Shown here: in pieces, positions 8,352 through 18,163 of the stretch
Layout: every line of letters begins with the position of its first letter
Position numbering within the stretch: position 1 is the first letter of the stretch
Assembly (NCBI GenBank): GCA_026396515.1
Contig: JAPLWQ010000002.1
Location: 257,230-321,229, forward strand
Direction of reading: 5' to 3'
Source of the DNA: Candidatus Magasanikiibacteriota bacterium
Lineage (GTDB): Bacteria > Patescibacteriota > Patescibacteriia > Magasanikbacterales > GWA2-37-8
Length of the DNA: 64,000 nt
The notes under the pieces: model-generated
Told to the model about the DNA's origin: nothing
What the model saw: the letters and a program-made list of their open reading frames with translations, nothing else
Databases searched by the model: none
Translations under genes and position numbers: made by a program

Positions 8352-9623
8352 ATGAACCAAAATATTCAATCTGTCGGCTCGGGTTTTTCCGGTTTAGGCA
8401 TTGCACCGAACTTAATGGATGTGGTGGCCAGATTAAATTTTAAAATCCCGACTCCGATTCAACGCCAAGCTATCCCGGTCGCCCTGCAGGGAAAAGATTT
8501 GGTTGGTGTAGCGCAAACAGGAACGGGAAAAACCCTGGCTTTTGGCATACCTTTAATTCAACGTCTAAATCAGACCGGCGGTAATGGTTTGATTGTTTTA
8601 CCGACCCGTGAACTCGCGCTACAAGTTGATGAAGCCTTAAGTAGCTTGGGCTCAAAATTGGGTTTAAAAACGGCGGTTCTCATCGGCGGCACTCCGATAC
8701 GCCCGCAAGTCCAGGCTCTGAGCCGTAATCCGCATATTATCATCGCCACGCCGGGCCGGCTTAATGATCACCTGCAACAAAGAACAGCTAATCTAAAAAA
8801 TGTTAAAATTGTTGTTTTAGATGAAGCTGACCGTATGTTAGACATGGGTTTCGCTCCGCAAATTAGGAAAATTTTTCAGGCATTACCTATTGAGCGCCAA
8901 ACAATGCTTTTTTCCGCCACCTTGGCGCCGGAAATCATGAAAATGGCGACCAGTTTTTTAAAATTGCCGATTCGCATCGAAGTTGCGCCAACCGGCTCAA
9001 TTGCGGAACATTTAACTCAGGAAATATTTATTATCCACAAGGAAGATAAAACCAGGCTGGTAGAAAAATTATTATTACAATATTTGGGGACAACCCTTAT
9101 TTTTACAAAAACGAAACATGGCGCAAAAAGATTAACCAGAGCCATCAGAGACATGGGCCATAGCGCCGTGGAAATTCATTCCAACCGATCTCTTGCTCAG
9201 CGCAAAGATGCCATGGCCGGCTTTAAATCAGGCAAATATCGGGTTTTAATTGCTACCGATATAGCCTCCCGCGGCATTGATGTTACAGGTATTGAACTCG
9301 TGATAAATTATGATTTGCCAACCAATACCGAAGATTATGTGCATCGAATCGGCCGTACAGCCAGAGCCGGAGTAAATGGCCATGCTATTTCCTTGGCTAC
9401 TTCGGAACAACGCAAAGAATTGCGTGACATTGAACGTTTGATCAGAAAAACCTTGCCGATTTCTCCGATACCGGAATTACCGCCCAAACGGCAGCCCAAA
9501 TTTGCACCAGTAGCCCAATCGGGTCAAATATCATTTTCAGGACAACGAACAGGGCAACGCGCATCAGGGTTTAACCGCAAACGGCATTCTTCCCGCTATC
9601 ATGGCCATGGGCGGAGAGGTTGA
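8352..9623 (+). CDS. DEAD-box ATP-dependent RNA helicase
   Basis: Q-motif, AQTGTGKT, PTRELA, DEAD, SAT and HRIGRTAR motifs; basic C-terminal tail. Confidence 0.9.
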   Translation: MNQNIQSVGSGFSGLGIAPNLMDVVARLNFKIPTPIQRQAIPVALQGKDLVGVAQTGTGKTLAFGIPLIQRLNQTGGNGLIVLPTRELALQVDEALSSLGSKLGLKTAVLIGGTPIRPQVQALSRNPHIIIATPGRLNDHLQQRTANLKNVKIVVLDEADRMLDMGFAPQIRKIFQALPIERQTMLFSATLAPEIMKMATSFLKLPIRIEVAPTGSIAEHLTQEIFIIHKEDKTRLVEKLLLQYLGTTLIFTKTKHGAKRLTRAIRDMGHSAVEIHSNRSLAQRKDAMAGFKSGKYRVLIATDIASRGIDVTGIELVINYDLPTNTEDYVHRIGRTARAGVNGHAISLATSEQRKELRDIERLIRKTLPISPIPELPPKRQPKFAPVAQSGQISFSGQRTGQRASGFNRKRHSSRYHGHGRRG

Positions 9624-9656
9624 TGTCGGATATTGTCATAAAAATTACGACCAATT

Positions 9657-10277
9657 ATGAAATTTCTAATTAAAATTGATCGCATTGCCGCCTGGATACT
9701 ATTTATCGGATTAATTTTGTATTTTATCAGTGGATATGGCATGGCCAAAGGAATTATTGACCCTGTTATGGCGGCAAAAATTCACATGCAATATTTGACC
9801 TATATAATTTTGGTTGCTTTTGCTCTTCACACCGGATTTGCCATACATTTAGCATTCAGGCGCTGGCAAATATGGAACGCCGGTACGAAAATAGTACTGA
9901 TACTATTTTATTTATTTTTTCTGATTTTTTTCATTTGGGTAGATCGTTTTTACACAGTCAATTTTAATTCGACGAAGTCTGATGTACCCGCAGTCCAAAA
10001 AGAAGTTATTCAAAACAATCAGAATAGTTTACCGGTGACATCTGAGCAGGCGAGTCAGAAGGCGTTCACTATGGCGGACCTTGCCCTGTTTAATGGCCAA
10101 AATGGCCAACCATCGTATGTTGCTGTTGATGGGTTGGTTTATGACTTATCTGCGGTATTCCGGGGCGGATGGCACGCCGCTCATTTTGCCGGTAAGGATT
10201 TGACAAATGAATTTTATTCGAAACACGCAAAAAATATTTTATCAAAATACCCGCCGGTCGGCAGGTTGGTCAAATAA
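9657..10277 (+). CDS. Membrane-anchored cytochrome b5-like heme/steroid-binding domain protein
   Basis: Two N-terminal TM helices. C-terminal FTMADLALFNG...VDGLVYDLS...GGWHAAHFAGKDLT resembles the Cyt-b5 fold signature. Confidence 0.45.
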   Translation: MKFLIKIDRIAAWILFIGLILYFISGYGMAKGIIDPVMAAKIHMQYLTYIILVAFALHTGFAIHLAFRRWQIWNAGTKIVLILFYLFFLIFFIWVDRFYTVNFNSTKSDVPAVQKEVIQNNQNSLPVTSEQASQKAFTMADLALFNGQNGQPSYVAVDGLVYDLSAVFRGGWHAAHFAGKDLTNEFYSKHAKNILSKYPPVGRLVK

Positions 10278-10294
10278 ACATCCGTATAACTTTC

Positions 10295-10330
10295 CCGCGA
10301 ATAAACACCCTATACAATGGGGTGTTTTTG
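10295..10330 (+). terminator. Intrinsic terminator (aacaccc...ggggtgtt plus T-tract)
   Basis: Hairpin plus T-run. It overlaps the GTG start that the ORF track chose for the next gene. Confidence 0.4.
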
Positions 10331-10351
10331 TTATATCCTAAATACTATAAT

Positions 10352-11215
10352 ATGGGTATTCTATTCGCATTTATTGCATTATTTTGTTGGGGGGTAGGCG
10401 ATTTCTTAATACAGAAAAGCAGCCGCGAGTTTGGCAAATGGATCGCCTTATTTTTTATCACTTTTATTGCAGTTGTTGCATTAACTCCCTTTGTATACAA
10501 GGACCTCGCAGGCTTGTTTATCAATTATCCGGCCTTAGCCATATTAATGCTTGCCAGCATTGTAATTTTGGTTGCCGCCCTGTTTAATTTTCAGGCTTTT
10601 ATTGATGGTAAAATCAGCGTGGTCGAACCGATTATGGCTTTCGAGGTGGCAGTGACTGCAATTTTGTCTTTTGTTTTCATCGGAGAAAGGCTGTCGTGGC
10701 TTCAGCTTGTATTTATTATATTGTTGGTCGCCGGTATTTTTTTGGTTTCAACAAAATCGTTTCATCATTTAAAAAAAATTAAGGCTGAAAAAGGCGTCTG
10801 GCTGGCATTTTTTGGCACCCTATGTATGGGTACAACCAATTTTCTTTTTGGAGTAGGGTCAAGGGAAACCAACCCGCTTTTAATAAATTGGTTTACCAGT
10901 TTATTTTTAGCGCTTGTCTGTTTTATTTATCTCGTGTCAAAATCAAAAGTGAGGGAAATCTTTAAAGATTGGCACAAGGACAAGTCGTTAATAATAGGCG
11001 TTGGTCTTTTGGACAATGCCGCCTGGATAGCGTATTCTTACAGTACTTTGTACATACCGATTACTATTGCCATCGGTATAAGCGAAAGTTATATCGCCTT
11101 AGCTGCTTTGTTGGGCCTTGTCTTAAATGGTGAGAAGCTTCGCAAACATCAATTTATCGGGCTAGCACTCGCCATTTTGTGCGCCATAGCGCTCGCGTTG
11201 GTGACGCCCGATTAA
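10352..11215 (+). CDS. EamA/DMT-family transporter (10 TM)
   Basis: Two EamA-like 5-TM halves. The ATG at 10352 (MGILFAF...) is preferred over the track's GTG at 10322, which lies inside the upstream terminator; the start is uncertain. Confidence 0.55.
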   Translation: MGILFAFIALFCWGVGDFLIQKSSREFGKWIALFFITFIAVVALTPFVYKDLAGLFINYPALAILMLASIVILVAALFNFQAFIDGKISVVEPIMAFEVAVTAILSFVFIGERLSWLQLVFIILLVAGIFLVSTKSFHHLKKIKAEKGVWLAFFGTLCMGTTNFLFGVGSRETNPLLINWFTSLFLALVCFIYLVSKSKVREIFKDWHKDKSLIIGVGLLDNAAWIAYSYSTLYIPITIAIGISESYIALAALLGLVLNGEKLRKHQFIGLALAILCAIALALVTPD

Positions 11216-11240
11216 CAAAATTTAATTTAAATATTTATTA

Positions 11241-11552
11241 TTGAGTATGAATAACATAAGAACCCGGTCGCTTTTAAACGCTATCGGTGTGGGGGCCTAT
11301 GTTGCGGTGATAGCTCTGATCATGCAAAATGGGGAACGAATATTCGGTAAAATGAATAATATTCTCGGTCCGATTGCTTTTTTATTGATGTTTGTATTAT
11401 CCGCTGCGGTTACCGGCGGGTTGATGCTCGGCAAGCCGGTTATGCTATATTTGGACGGACTAAAAAAGGAGGCGGTTAAGATGTTTATTTTCACTGTCGC
11501 GTGGCTTTTCGTCATAACATTAGCAGCTTTACTAATTCAGATAATTATATAA
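11241..11552 (+). CDS. Small membrane protein (103 aa)
   Basis: Three predicted TM helices; no homology recognised. Confidence 0.4.
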   Translation: MSMNNIRTRSLLNAIGVGAYVAVIALIMQNGERIFGKMNNILGPIAFLLMFVLSAAVTGGLMLGKPVMLYLDGLKKEAVKMFIFTVAWLFVITLAALLIQIII

Positions 11553-11557
11553 TATTT

Positions 11558-12097
11558 ATGTGGTGGAAAATAGTTCTCGGCATACTGGCTGTCATAATCG
11601 TAGCAGCGCTGGGGTATGCCTATTATGTCGGTTTTTTTGCCAAAATAGCAGTTGAGGAAAAAGAAATGGGACCGTATGTTCTCGTTTATGAAGAGCACCG
11701 TGGCGCATACAAGGATATAGGCATTGTGATGGATAAGGTATATAAGTCGCTGTTAGCTGATGGCGTCGAGACTACGCGTGGCATGGGCATTTATTATAAT
11801 AATCCGCAGAATACGCCGGAAGCGGATTTGCGGAGCATCGGAGGGTCTCTTATTGAGGAAAAAGATATGGACAAACTGCCGGTGCTTGAAAAAAAATATA
11901 AGGTTATGCGGATTGAAAAACAAAAATCTATTGTTGTTGAGTTTCCCTATATTAATCAATGGTCAATAATGGCCGGCGTGATGCGGGTATATTCGGTTAT
12001 GAGCAAGTATATAGCCGATCATAATTATCAGACTAAAGAGATGGTGGAAATATATGATATGCCGAACGGAAAAATTCAATATATTATGGGGTTATGA
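11558..12097 (+). CDS. Membrane-anchored hypothetical protein. Possibly a GyrI-like small-molecule-binding domain (weak).
   Basis: N-terminal TM WWKIVLGILAVIIVAALGYAYYV, then a soluble domain. The ATG at 11558 is chosen to avoid overlap with the upstream gene. Confidence 0.4.
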   Translation: MWWKIVLGILAVIIVAALGYAYYVGFFAKIAVEEKEMGPYVLVYEEHRGAYKDIGIVMDKVYKSLLADGVETTRGMGIYYNNPQNTPEADLRSIGGSLIEEKDMDKLPVLEKKYKVMRIEKQKSIVVEFPYINQWSIMAGVMRVYSVMSKYIADHNYQTKEMVEIYDMPNGKIQYIMGL

Positions 12098-13254
12098 AAA
12101 TTGCGATTATCGGTCAGAAAACAGTGCCGTTCATAGGCGGCCGCGGAGGTGGCATTGAACGTCACGTTGAAGAACTGTCGACTAGGTTGGTGGCTGATGG
12201 CCACGAGGTGTTTGTTTATTCCCGGGGTTATTTGATGGAGAAAAAAATCAGAGAATATAAAGGGGTAAAGATACTGTATACACCTTCGATTCCAACAAAA
12301 AATCTGGATACAATAACGCACGTGTTATTTTCGACTCTGCATGTCTTGTTTAAAAAGGTTGATGTGATTCATTACCATGGAGTTGGGCCATCAACGCTTT
12401 CCTGGATTCCGCGGATATTCAAACCGCATACGAAGATAATAGTCACCTTCCACAGTATTGATCGCTTTCACAAAAAATGGGGTGCTTTTGCCCGGTGGTA
12501 TTTGGGATTGGGCGAATGGACAGCTGTACATTTTCCCCATGCCTGCATAGCCGTCTCAAAATCAATCCAACAATATTGCCGGCACGTATTTAATAAAGAG
12601 GTTATTTATATTCCCAATGGCACCGACCTCCATAAAATTGGCGAAGCGCACGACAACAGAATTCGGCCTTTTGGGATCTCAAAAGACAGTTATATTTTGA
12701 CTGTAGCTCGCCTGATAAAGCACAAGGGGATCCACTATCTCATTGAGGCTTATAAAAAATTGGAGAAAATTCATGGCACTGATCCAAAAAATTGGCCGGG
12801 AGGAGAGATCCGCAAGTTAACCATCGTTGGAGCTCCAAGCTATAGTGATGATTATCTTGATTATTTAAAAAAGATAGCGGCCGGGTCGTCAAATATCATT
12901 TTTGTCGGGTTCCAACAGGGTGAAACTCTGGCTCAGCTTTTTGCTAACGCATATTTGTATGTGCACCCATCGGAGGCGGAAGGGTTGTCGATTACCATTC
13001 TTGAAGCAATGAGTTATGGCACCTGCGTTCTGGTGAGCAATATTCCTGAGAATTTGGAGAGCATAGACCATGCCGGTTTTACTTTTGAATCCAAAAATGT
13101 TAATGATTTGTACGAGATGCTCGTTTATCTGTTAGATTTTCCGGAGTCGGTAAAAATGCATGGTGAGAAAGCGCTTACTTTTATAAAAAAGAATTTTAAT
13201 TGGGGCGACATCGTCGCCGATATCGAAAAAGTTTATGCAAATAAGCAAGGGTGA
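12094..13254 (+). CDS. Glycosyltransferase family 4 (GT-B)
   Basis: N-terminal MKIAIIG...GGxxRHVxEL and C-terminal EAEGLSITILEAMSYGTCVLVS (E-x7-E) motif. Confidence 0.8.
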   Translation: MKIAIIGQKTVPFIGGRGGGIERHVEELSTRLVADGHEVFVYSRGYLMEKKIREYKGVKILYTPSIPTKNLDTITHVLFSTLHVLFKKVDVIHYHGVGPSTLSWIPRIFKPHTKIIVTFHSIDRFHKKWGAFARWYLGLGEWTAVHFPHACIAVSKSIQQYCRHVFNKEVIYIPNGTDLHKIGEAHDNRIRPFGISKDSYILTVARLIKHKGIHYLIEAYKKLEKIHGTDPKNWPGGEIRKLTIVGAPSYSDDYLDYLKKIAAGSSNIIFVGFQQGETLAQLFANAYLYVHPSEAEGLSITILEAMSYGTCVLVSNIPENLESIDHAGFTFESKNVNDLYEMLVYLLDFPESVKMHGEKALTFIKKNFNWGDIVADIEKVYANKQG

Positions 13255-13879
13255 AGTCGCGTCGCTACTTATAGTATTGGCGTCAATTATTATTGGTATA
13301 ATTTTCTATCCGATGTTGCCTGAAAAGATGGCGAGTCATTGGGACGCCCTAGGTAATGTTAATGGGTACATGTCAAAGTTTTGGGGTATTTTTTTAGTGC
13401 CGATAATATCCGCGGTGATGTTTATTGTATTTTTAATTGTGCCGCGCATGGACCCGAAAAAAGAAAATATTGAAAAATTCAGGGTGCATTTTGACAGATT
13501 TATCATTTTACTTTTTTGCTTTTTACTGTATATATATTGCCTTACTCTGTGGTGGAATGTAGGTGGCAGGTTCGACATGGTAAAATTTCTGATTCCGGCT
13601 TTTGCGGCGCTGTTTTATTCTGTCGGGGTGATGATCGGTGAATCAAAAATGAATTTTTCCATCGGCATACGCACACCATGGACATTAAGCAACGAAGAAG
13701 TGTGGAAAAAAACGCACGATCTCGGCGCAAAGCTATTTAAAGCTGCCGGCCTGATTTCTCTGCTTACAATTTTTTTTCCGGCGGTCGCTATTTGGCTTGT
13801 AATAGTTGCCTCGCTGCTTGCGGCTCTAATACCTGTGGTATATTCGTATTTCGTTTATAAGAGCCAGGTTAAAAAATAG
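13235..13879 (+). CDS. SdpI/YhfL-family membrane protein
   Basis: GIRTPWTLSNEEVWKKTH motif characteristic of the SdpI family; 4-6 TM. Confidence 0.55.
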   Translation: MQISKGEVASLLIVLASIIIGIIFYPMLPEKMASHWDALGNVNGYMSKFWGIFLVPIISAVMFIVFLIVPRMDPKKENIEKFRVHFDRFIILLFCFLLYIYCLTLWWNVGGRFDMVKFLIPAFAALFYSVGVMIGESKMNFSIGIRTPWTLSNEEVWKKTHDLGAKLFKAAGLISLLTIFFPAVAIWLVIVASLLAALIPVVYSYFVYKSQVKK

Positions 13880-13887
13880 TAAAATAA

Positions 13888-13920
13888 AAAACATCCTGAT
13901 ATTTGTCGGGATGTTTTTTA
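13888..13920. terminator. Bidirectional intrinsic terminator
   Basis: ACATCC-tgatatttgtc-GGGATGT hairpin with T-runs on both strands, between convergent genes. Confidence 0.45.
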
Positions 13921-13928
13921 ATAACAGT

Positions 13929-14312
13929 TTAAAACTTGAACATGTCCCCCAGTTTTCCGATGAGAGGCAGTTTTTCCTGCTTGCCGTTGGCGGCATTTAC
14001 GATGCCGAGGATGGCAAATACCAGAATTGCCAAACCGACCAGATTAAATATCCAATAGAAATTCCAGAGCCAATACCACGGCATCATCATGCGGATAATC
14101 CAAAGGATAACCGCTAGGCCGAAGATTATAATGCCTTGTTTCACGTGAAATTTTACAAACGGATCATTCTTGGCGTCGGTAAGAAGTGGGATGAAAAATA
14201 ATATATAGGCAACTATTGCCATGCCGGAATTAGGCTGACCGCCGGCGGGATGGCTTGGGGCCGGAGTTTGTTGTGGCGCAGCCGGCTGTTGATTTGGTTG
14301 TTGTCCGTCCAT
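13929..14312 (-). CDS. Small membrane protein with a Q/P-rich N-terminus (DUF4870-like)
   Basis: PQQ/AP-rich N-terminus, then 3 TM helices with a KFHVKQG motif. Confidence 0.45.
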   Translation of the reverse strand: MDGQQPNQQPAAPQQTPAPSHPAGGQPNSGMAIVAYILFFIPLLTDAKNDPFVKFHVKQGIIIFGLAVILWIIRMMMPWYWLWNFYWIFNLVGLAILVFAILGIVNAANGKQEKLPLIGKLGDMFKF

Positions 14313-14338
14313 ATATAAAATAATTAATTAATAATGAT

Positions 14339-15010
14339 TTATTCCGAAGCACCGACCTCGCCTTCGGTTTTAATAATGATTACTGTTATTTCCTGTTCAT
14401 CCTTATTGTAGCCGATGGTGTAGGTGACTGAATTTTTTTGCGCCATGATAGTGGCTGACTCGCTTTGTTGCCCGGTGGTCATTATCGTGAATCCTTTATC
14501 CTCAAGTTCTTTGCTTAGATTATTTACATCATTTAAAGCAAGGAGTTTGGGCACCGTATATTGCACCACGCCCGAGCCGCTGTTCATACCCATATAACCG
14601 CTGGTGAAACCGGTGACTTTAGCATCATCAAATACTTTTTTTATGGCATCGCCAATTTCTGACGCCAGCTCGCTATGTGAACCACTGGCGATTTCAATGG
14701 TTTCAGCGTCTTTAAATTTATCAGCAGGACTCTTTTTTGCTTCAGCTTCTTCTTTTGCCGCCTCCTGAGCCATCTCATCGGCAAAACCAGCCATGCCCTT
14801 ACCAAGCATATTGGCCGCGCTGCCATCCATGCCAAAACCCTTCAGTAGATTAGAGATAGCGCGCTGTTGCTGCCATCTGTGAAAAGCCCAATAGCCGCCG
14901 CCAATTACGATAACTGCGATAATCACGATTATCAGTGTTTTATTGTTTCCACCACCGCCCATTGGAGCTACCGGCTGTGTTACCGGAGGTGTTGGGGTTG
15001 TGTTATCCAT
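14339..15010 (-). CDS. Hypothetical membrane-anchored protein (223 aa)
   Basis: N-terminal P/T-rich segment plus one TM; soluble C-terminal domain; no motif recognised. Confidence 0.45.
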   Translation of the reverse strand: MDNTTPTPPVTQPVAPMGGGGNNKTLIIVIIAVIVIGGGYWAFHRWQQQRAISNLLKGFGMDGSAANMLGKGMAGFADEMAQEAAKEEAEAKKSPADKFKDAETIEIASGSHSELASEIGDAIKKVFDDAKVTGFTSGYMGMNSGSGVVQYTVPKLLALNDVNNLSKELEDKGFTIMTTGQQSESATIMAQKNSVTYTIGYNKDEQEITVIIIKTEGEVGASE

Positions 15011-15111
15011 AGAACAAAACGATATTTATGTTCCAAATATTGGTTGGAACAATTTATTAATAATATGCTCAGTTTACCATAGCCCCAGGAACCACGCAAG
15101 AAGAGGCGGGC

Positions 15112-15140
15112 GTTGACAAAATACAAAAAACGTGCTATGG
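15112..15140 (+). promoter_or_regulatory. Sigma70-type promoter of the receiver-domain gene
   Basis: TTGACAAAAT, 17-nt spacer, extended -10 gTGcTATGGT. It conforms to the promoter pattern seen repeatedly in this window. Confidence 0.5.
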
Positions 15141-15192
15141 TCTATGCGATATTAGTCGTTCAAAAACAACATTTCGACATCAGGAGGATTAC

Positions 15193-15576
15193 ATGACAGA
15201 AGAGAAAAAGCGTATTTTGATCATGGACGATGAAGAATCTATCCGGCGTATGTTCGAAAGGATGCTGTCACGGGAGTTTGATGTAGTGACAGTGGAAGAC
15301 CGTTTTGATGCGGTCAATGTATATGCTGCTGGGCGCAGTAGCGGTGAACCGTTCGATCTCGTACTGCTTGACCTGGAGGGTAAGCACGACAAGAACGAGG
15401 GCAGGATTGCTGTCCACAATCTTCTCAGGGTCGACCAGGATGTCAAGGCAGTACTTCATTCAAGCAGAGTCTGCCAGTTCAGCGAGAACGAGATTCGCTC
15501 GTTCGGCTTCGTCGGCGCCATTCAGAAAGCGCAGTCGACGGGTGACTACCTTTCCGCTATCCGATCTTTCCTCTAA
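15193..15576 (+). CDS. Stand-alone response-regulator receiver (CheY-like) domain protein
   Basis: KRILIMDDEESIRRM...DLVLLDLEG, the REC-fold acidic pocket and phospho-Asp context. Monocistronic, with its own promoter and terminator. Confidence 0.65.
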   Translation: MTEEKKRILIMDDEESIRRMFERMLSREFDVVTVEDRFDAVNVYAAGRSSGEPFDLVLLDLEGKHDKNEGRIAVHNLLRVDQDVKAVLHSSRVCQFSENEIRSFGFVGAIQKAQSTGDYLSAIRSFL

Positions 15577-15609
15577 TCTCCCGTGATACCTCCCAGGTTC
15601 TTTTCTTTG

Positions 15610-15634
15610 GCCAGCCGTCCGGCTGGCTTTTTTG
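15610..15634 (+). terminator. Intrinsic terminator
   Basis: GCCAGCCG-tcc-GGCTGGC hairpin plus TTTTTTG. Confidence 0.55.
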
Positions 15635-15671
15635 TTGAAATAATATCCATAACTGGTATTATTACCTATAT

Positions 15672-16697
15672 ATGCGTGAAGCGACCTTATATACAAAAAA
15701 AACCGACAAAGCGGTTGAATGCTCCGCCTGCGCTTGGCGATGTAGAATCGCCGAAGGCAAAACCGGAGTTTGCGGCGTGCGTCAGAATATCGGCGGAAAA
15801 TTATTTCTGCTTGTTTATGGCCGTGCAGTGTCCGCCAATATTGACCCGATTGAGAAGAAACCGCTTTATCATTTTTTGCCGGGAGAAAAGATATTTTCCA
15901 TTGGTACGATCGGCTGCAATTTCGGCTGTGAGTTTTGCCAGAATTTTGATATTTCGCAGGCAAGTAGAGCCGGCGGGGCAGAAATAGATGTGGTGAAATC
16001 GGGTGACGAGTTGTCTCCGGAGGAGGCTGTTAATTTTTGCATTGAACATCGCATCCCGGCGATTGCTTTTACTTATAATGAGCCGGCGATTTTTGCCGAA
16101 TATGCTGTTGAAGTGATGAGACTGGCAAAATCGCACGGCATTAAGGGTGTGTTTGTATCCAATGGGTATGAAACGCCGGAAGCTTTGGATTTTTTAGCGC
16201 CCTTCATAGACGCGTACAATATTGATCTGAAGGGATTTACGGAAAAATATTACCAAAAAATATGTAAAACAAAACTCGCGCCGGTGATTGCAACAATTCA
16301 AGAGATTTTTAGGCGCGGGGTATGGCTGGAGATTACCACTTTGCTCGTGCCGGGAGAAAATGACAGTGAAGGTGAGTTGCGTAATATTGCCGGGTTTATA
16401 AGAAACATTTCGCCAAATATTCCTTGGCATCTTTCCGCATTTTATCCGACTTATCAGATGACAGATCGTCCGGCTACGGCGCCTGAGAGTTTAACAAAAG
16501 CGTACCAAATAGGGAAAGAAGCCGGGTTGAGATATGTATATACCGGCAATATTTCTGATATGGAGATGAGTAAAACAATATGCCCGAAGTGCAATGAAGT
16601 GCTTATAGAACGCCATGGTTTTTCAGTGCAAAAAAATATTTTGGAAGATAATAGTTGTCCTTATTGCAGAGAAGAGATATCCGGAGTATGGAGGTAA
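15672..16697 (+). CDS. Radical SAM enzyme, PflA-like; resembles the AmmeMemoRadiSam-system radical SAM
   Basis: CNFGCEFCQN (CxxxCxxC) cluster. N-terminal Cys motif ECSACAWRCRIAEGKTGVCGVRQN and C-terminal CPKC...CPYC zinc-ribbon-like motif. Confidence 0.7.
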   Translation: MREATLYTKKTDKAVECSACAWRCRIAEGKTGVCGVRQNIGGKLFLLVYGRAVSANIDPIEKKPLYHFLPGEKIFSIGTIGCNFGCEFCQNFDISQASRAGGAEIDVVKSGDELSPEEAVNFCIEHRIPAIAFTYNEPAIFAEYAVEVMRLAKSHGIKGVFVSNGYETPEALDFLAPFIDAYNIDLKGFTEKYYQKICKTKLAPVIATIQEIFRRGVWLEITTLLVPGENDSEGELRNIAGFIRNISPNIPWHLSAFYPTYQMTDRPATAPESLTKAYQIGKEAGLRYVYTGNISDMEMSKTICPKCNEVLIERHGFSVQKNILEDNSCPYCREEISGVWR

Positions 16698-16745
16698 CAG
16701 TTAAAAAAATTATTGAATTCAATAATTAGAAGTATCAAAAATGTT

Positions 16746-16771
16746 AAACCCCCGATTGATATCGGGGGTTT
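16746..16771. terminator. Bidirectional intrinsic terminator
   Basis: AAACCCCCGAT-tgat-ATCGGGGGTTT perfect 11-bp hairpin between convergent genes. Confidence 0.6.
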
Positions 16772-16813
16772 ATGTTAAGAACAGCTAAAGAGCCGGTCGT
16801 AGCTGGGGCGATT

Positions 16814-16954
16814 ATTATTCCTCCTCGTCCCCCTCATCGTCTTCGTCGTCATCATCATCGCCCTCTTCGTCCTCCTCTTCTTCTTCGTCGTCTTCTACTG
16901 CGTCATCTTCCTCTTCTTCCTCCTCGGGGCCAAGGATACCAGTCGCGGTATTCA
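16814..16954 (-). CDS. Unannotated 46-aa poly-acidic microprotein (MNTATGILGPEEEEEEDDAVEDDEEEEEDEEGDDDDDEDDEGDEEE)
   Basis: Absent from the ORF track because it is under 60 aa. Strong SD GGGAAAGGAG 7 nt before the ATG, a native-type promoter upstream (TTGACAAAAAC...TGaTATTTT) and a terminator downstream. Confidence 0.55.
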
Positions 16955-17001
16955 TGGAAAATGCTCCTTTCCCTAGTTTGGGGGTTGAATGATTTTATCA
17001 A

Positions 17002-17031
17002 AAAAATATCACATTTTTAGGTTTTTGTCAA
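17002..17031 (-). promoter_or_regulatory. Promoter of the acidic microprotein gene
   Basis: On the minus strand: TTGACAAAAAC, 18 nt, TGaTATTTT. Confidence 0.45.
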
Positions 17032-17035
17032 TATT

Positions 17036-17064
17036 AAAACACCCCGGTTTTTTCGGGGTGTTTT
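17036..17064 (-). terminator. recA terminator
   Basis: CACCCCG-gtttttt-CGGGGTG hairpin with flanking A/T runs. Confidence 0.55.
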
Positions 17065-17078
17065 AATATAATTTACCA

Positions 17079-18152
17079 TTATTCTTCTGTCGGCGGCGGA
17101 ACTTCGTCGCCGGCCGGAACCGTGTCCTCGCCTTCCAGCGGTTCGCCTTCCTCTGCTTTTTTGATGGTAGCTTTCTTAATTTCTTCTAATAACTTTGGGT
17201 TGGCGCGTAAATAGGATTTGGCTGTTTCTCTGCCAACGCCAAGTTTTTCCTCGCCAAACATATAACTGTTTCCTTTTTTATCAATTACTTTGTAATTTGT
17301 GGCTGTATCAAGCACATCGCCGGAAATGGATATGCCTTCGTTATACATAATGTCAAATTCGGTGGTAGTAAAAGGCGGGGCGACTTTATTTTTAACAACT
17401 TTCACTTTTACGCGGTTGCCGATAATTTTGTCGCCTTGTTTAATCTGAGCCGAGCGGCGTACCTCAATGCGAATTGATGAATAGAATTTTAGGGCGACGC
17501 CCCCGGTTGTGGTTTCCGGGTTGCCGAAGACAATTCCGATTTTCATGCGGGTTTGGTTGATAAAGATCAGTACGGTTTTTGACTTGGAGATAGCGCCGGT
17601 AAGTTTTCGTAAAGCCTGGCTCATCAGCCGCGCCTGTAAACCCATATGCGAATCACCCATATCACCTTCAATTTCCGCTTTTGGCACCAGCGCGGCCACA
17701 GAATCAACCACCACAATATCCACGGCATTTGACCTCACCAGTGTGTCCACAATTTCAAGCGCCTGTTCGCCGGTATCCGGTTGAGAAATTAATAATTCAT
17801 CCACTTTGACACCGATTTTTCTTGCATAATCCGGATCAAGAGAGTGCTCTGCGTCCACAAAAGCCGCGATTCCGCCTAATTTTTGGACTTCGGCCACAAT
17901 ATGTTGCGCCAAAGTAGTTTTGCCGGATGCTTCCGGGCCATATATTTCCACTATGCGTCCGCGCGGTACGCCGCGCACGCCCAGCGCGATGTCAAGCGAC
18001 AAACAGCCGGTGGGTACGGTATCAACCTGCATTATTTTGGATTCGCCGAATTTCATGATTGCCCCTTCACCAAATCTTGATTTGATTTGTTCAATCGCGC
18101 TTTCGGCCGCTTTTAATTTATTTTTTATTTCCTCGCTTACTTGTTTTGCCAT
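17079..18152 (-). CDS. recA: Recombinase RecA
   Basis: GPEASGKTT Walker A, RecA L1/L2 regions, acidic C-terminal tail. Confidence 0.95.
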   Translation of the reverse strand: MAKQVSEEIKNKLKAAESAIEQIKSRFGEGAIMKFGESKIMQVDTVPTGCLSLDIALGVRGVPRGRIVEIYGPEASGKTTLAQHIVAEVQKLGGIAAFVDAEHSLDPDYARKIGVKVDELLISQPDTGEQALEIVDTLVRSNAVDIVVVDSVAALVPKAEIEGDMGDSHMGLQARLMSQALRKLTGAISKSKTVLIFINQTRMKIGIVFGNPETTTGGVALKFYSSIRIEVRRSAQIKQGDKIIGNRVKVKVVKNKVAPPFTTTEFDIMYNEGISISGDVLDTATNYKVIDKKGNSYMFGEEKLGVGRETAKSYLRANPKLLEEIKKATIKKAEEGEPLEGEDTVPAGDEVPPPTEE

Positions 18153-18163
18153 AATTTTTCCAT

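Noticed and set aside
16772-17020. Plus-strand 82-aa Pro/Arg/Leu-rich ORF
   Set aside because: It is the antisense reading of the poly-GAG/GAC acidic microprotein gene. The minus-strand ORF has a promoter, SD and terminator; the plus one does not.
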